Below are positions 61,300 to 64,000 of a stretch of 64,000 bases of DNA, one piece after another (within the stretch, counting starts at the first letter, position 1; each line of letters starts with the position of its first letter). The stretch covers positions 1,792,001-1,856,000 of the forward strand of contig OZ250172.1 of assembly GCA_965237905.1 (NCBI GenBank), in the 5' to 3' direction. The notes beneath the pieces are model-generated. The model did no database searches. It was not told the origin of the DNA and was given only the letters and a program-made list of their open reading frames with translations. This DNA is from Nitrospinaceae bacterium. Its GTDB lineage: Bacteria; Nitrospinota; Nitrospinia; Nitrospinales; Nitrospinaceae. Position numbers and translations under genes: made by a program.

Positions 61300-62037
61300 T
61301 TAGTTCTGAAAAGACCAATCAAGGATATAGCTGAGTTGAGATAAAGGATAAAGACAGGGAAGAATTAAAAACCAGATCATCGCTCTGGTTTTCTTCAAAT
61401 CAAACAATCCGGTAACAGCACGGTAACTGACAACTATGGACCAAATTGGAAAAATAACAAAGACTGGTGTCCAAAGCCAGAATTGGCTCACGGTAAACGT
61501 CTCAGAATATAGAGGATAGATCAAGCTATCAATCAACCCTATCAACACGGTGGGTAGTGCCCAAGCCAAAGAAACATACAGATAAACAAGACGGGTTTTT
61601 GCATCATCTGTTTTTTGAGCGCCTGACCAAGAGACTCGTATGTCGTACCATAGGCCCCCTATGAAACAGGTAATTCCTCCAAAGACAAATCCTATACTTA
61701 TTACTAGAATCCAATAAAAAAACCAGCTTTCAAAAAAACTACCAATCAGGCCATATTCATCTATGGGATAGCTCTTAACAAAAAACTTGGCCAGTGAATG
61801 CAGTATATTTCCATCACCTTCTTCATCATCTTCTTCTGCGATATTGGTTTCCAGACAAAGAGCCATTCCAAATATGGTCACGGCTAATAAGAAACTGCTG
61901 TTTTTTTCAAAAGAAAGGTCAGAAGCAAAAAATTGGCGAGGATGTGTGTATAAATTTTTGAGATGATTGAGCCGAAAAGGAGATTCTCCTGTTTTTGCCT
62001 CTGGAAGAATTTCTTTAGTGGTGTCTGAAAGTTCCAC
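61300..62037 (-). CDS. Yip1-like membrane protein
   Basis: YTHPRQFF near the N-terminus; about five TM helices; AT-rich. Confidence 0.65.
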   Translation of the reverse strand: MELSDTTKEILPEAKTGESPFRLNHLKNLYTHPRQFFASDLSFEKNSSFLLAVTIFGMALCLETNIAEEDDEEGDGNILHSLAKFFVKSYPIDEYGLIGSFFESWFFYWILVISIGFVFGGITCFIGGLWYDIRVSWSGAQKTDDAKTRLVYLYVSLAWALPTVLIGLIDSLIYPLYSETFTVSQFWLWTPVFVIFPIWSIVVSYRAVTGLFDLKKTRAMIWFLILPCLYPLSQLSYILDWSFQN

Positions 62038-62119
62038 AGAAAATCCTATTTAGTTTAAGTGTTGCCTTCCGATTTAGATTTTATGGTAGATATATTCGGT
62101 AATCAATTGTTCTTGTCGC

Positions 62120-63427
62120 TCAACCAGTGTTCGTGATATCTGTTGGAGCTCCATCGGTGAAGGAGGCTGGGTGAGTGGCGGGCTGACTCGCCATATGCTG
62201 AGCGGCGATCCATCCGGTTGTCCAGGCATGTTGAAAGTTAAAGCCTCCTGTGACGCCGTCCACGTCCAATATTTCTCCTGCAAAATAAAGTCCCGGGCAC
62301 ACTTTGCTCTGCATGGTTTTGAAGTCTACTTCAGAAAGGGCGACTCCTCCGCATTCCACAAATTCGTCTTTATATCGATTCTGTCCCGAGATGTTCAGCG
62401 GTGAAGCTACCAGAGCATGGCAAATTTTGGAAAGTTCCTTTTTTGAGATTTTGGCCCACTGCTTGTCTCGATCAATAGAATATTTATCTAACAGATTCAG
62501 CCAGAAACGTTTAGGCAGGTTCTCGGGATAGATGTTTTTCAAATAACTTTTTGAATTTTCTTCCTTCAGGAGCTTCAATTGGTTTTCGACATCACTTGGT
62601 TTCTCCGTTCCCATCCAATTGACAATCAGAGTTCCGCTATATTTTGCTTGTTTCATTTCCCGCGCCGCCCAGGCGGAAAGTTTTAGAATGGCGGGACCAC
62701 TCAAGCCCCAGTGGGTGATCAGAACAGGACCTGTTTGCTTGAATATTTTTTTGCCGGCAAGCGCGAGCTTGAGTGTTGTATCTGAAAAACTCAAGCCTTG
62801 TAACCCTGAAATCAAAGAGTCCTTGATTTTAAAGCTGAATAAGGACGGAGCTAATTCTGAAATGGTATGTCCCAAAGATTCTGCAAGGCGGTAGCCGGAG
62901 GGAGCGCTTCCTGTCGTCACAAGAACTGCGTTTGCCGTAAACGATTCTTTATTGCGAATGTGCAGTTTCAGCTGGTGAGGCGCCAGGGGTTCAATCGCTT
63001 TTACAGTGCTATTCGGCATCAGTTTGATTTGAAATTGTTTTGCTAAACTAAGATAACAATCGACAATGGTTGCCGAGCTGTTGGTATCGGGAAACATTCG
63101 GCCATCCGCTTCCGTAACCAGCCGGACGCCCGCTTTTTTAAACCACTCTACGGTGTCTTTGGCCTGAAACTTTTGCATCGGGGAAAGCAGTTCGCGGGAT
63201 CCCCTTGGATAATTCTGGCAAAATAGTTTAACGTCAAAGCCATGATGAGTCACATTACAGCGACCCCCGCCTGAAATTTTGACTTTCTTCAAGTAGTGTC
63301 CCGATGATTCAAGAATTCGGATATCCAAGGACAAACCTTTTTGTTTGGCTAGCTGCGCCGCATTGATTGCCGAAAAAAATCCCGCAGCGCCCCCTCCAAT
63401 AATAGCGATAGATTTATTTGCACTCAT
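62120..63427 (-). CDS. HI0933/BaiN family flavoprotein
   Basis: IIGGGAAG, KISGGGRCNVT, THWGLSGP and GEILDVDGVTGGFN. Confidence 0.93.
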   Translation of the reverse strand: MSANKSIAIIGGGAAGFFSAINAAQLAKQKGLSLDIRILESSGHYLKKVKISGGGRCNVTHHGFDVKLFCQNYPRGSRELLSPMQKFQAKDTVEWFKKAGVRLVTEADGRMFPDTNSSATIVDCYLSLAKQFQIKLMPNSTVKAIEPLAPHQLKLHIRNKESFTANAVLVTTGSAPSGYRLAESLGHTISELAPSLFSFKIKDSLISGLQGLSFSDTTLKLALAGKKIFKQTGPVLITHWGLSGPAILKLSAWAAREMKQAKYSGTLIVNWMGTEKPSDVENQLKLLKEENSKSYLKNIYPENLPKRFWLNLLDKYSIDRDKQWAKISKKELSKICHALVASPLNISGQNRYKDEFVECGGVALSEVDFKTMQSKVCPGLYFAGEILDVDGVTGGFNFQHAWTTGWIAAQHMASQPATHPASFTDGAPTDITNTG

Positions 63428-63487
63428 TCCAGTTCCAAAGAGTATACATCTTCAGTATGATTTATAATTTTCAAGGGTTCAGAGTAG

Positions 63488-63514
63488 AAAAAAAGGTCAA
63501 GTCTCTTCTTGACC
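63488..63514 (-). terminator. rho-independent terminator
   Basis: GGTCAAG-AAGAGA-CTTGACC followed by T7 on the minus strand. Confidence 0.7.
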
Positions 63515-63527
63515 ATAACTATCTTTC

Positions 63528-64000
63528 CTACGAGTAAACCCGGTAATCGATGTGGGAAAAGATGTTGTCCTTCGATTCGATATCAGCCAGCCAGGTTTCG
63601 TTAATCTTACCTTTACGAATATCTTTATACAGGCGGGTGAAGCGGACGAGGTGATCTTTGGTGCGTTTCACGGCATAGTCGACCATTGTCTGGGCGTACA
63701 TGATGAACGCCCAATCGCTCGCCTGTGCCAATAACAATTCCCGCGCCGCCTGGTTGAGGGCGCGTTCCTTCAATCCGGATGCTTGCGGATACTTTTGCGC
63801 CAGCTCCACCATCCGTCCTGCCGCTTTATGCAGGTGGCGGTAGACCCAGTCGTTCTTGTTGCTCAACCAGTGTTCGTGATACCCGTTGTAGCCCCAGCTG
63901 GAGGCGGCCGGGGTGGCGCAGGGATTCCTCGGATGCCGTTTCAGATATTCGGCGGGTGTGATCAAAGTAACCACCTCCTGATCCAAAGCGACCTTGCGTA
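63528..64000 (-). CDS. GH57 1,4-alpha-glucan branching enzyme (DUF1957 C-terminus), truncated by the window edge
   Basis: SSWG, QAARELLLAQASDWAFI and DNIF. Confidence 0.9.
   Translation of the reverse strand, partial: RKVALDQEVVTLITPAEYLKRHPRNPCATPAASSWGYNGYHEHWLSNKNDWVYRHLHKAAGRMVELAQKYPQASGLKERALNQAARELLLAQASDWAFIMYAQTMVDYAVKRTKDHLVRFTRLYKDIRKGKINETWLADIESKDNIFSHIDYRVYS

Overview
A chromosomal window from a Gram-negative bacterium. Gene content and order suggest Nitrospinota or a deltaproteobacterium-like lineage (inference). Core loci: tmRNA, mscS, gdhA, purM, uvrC, metH, clpC-bamA-skp-fabZ-lpxA-(gnnA-like)-lpxI-lpxB-DUF374, glnB-glnA-glnE and apgM-like-lysC-cimA. Accessory genes are interspersed. 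Most notable: (1) three genes share one homologous N-terminal membrane module, joined to an adenylate cyclase-TPR-HD-GYP protein, to a histidine kinase, or to no output domain; (2) a ~94-bp non-coding element with covarying hairpins forms a 4.7-copy tandem array between glnE and cimA, with diverged copies abutting the tmRNA 3' end and other gene ends; (3) an ApgM homologue that has lost nearly all catalytic residues overlaps lysC; (4) a cysteine dioxygenase-methyltransferase fusion; (5) a lone AT-rich TIR effector gene. No CRISPR-Cas, integrase or transposase was found. All family calls are from motif recognition by eye; no database search was run.
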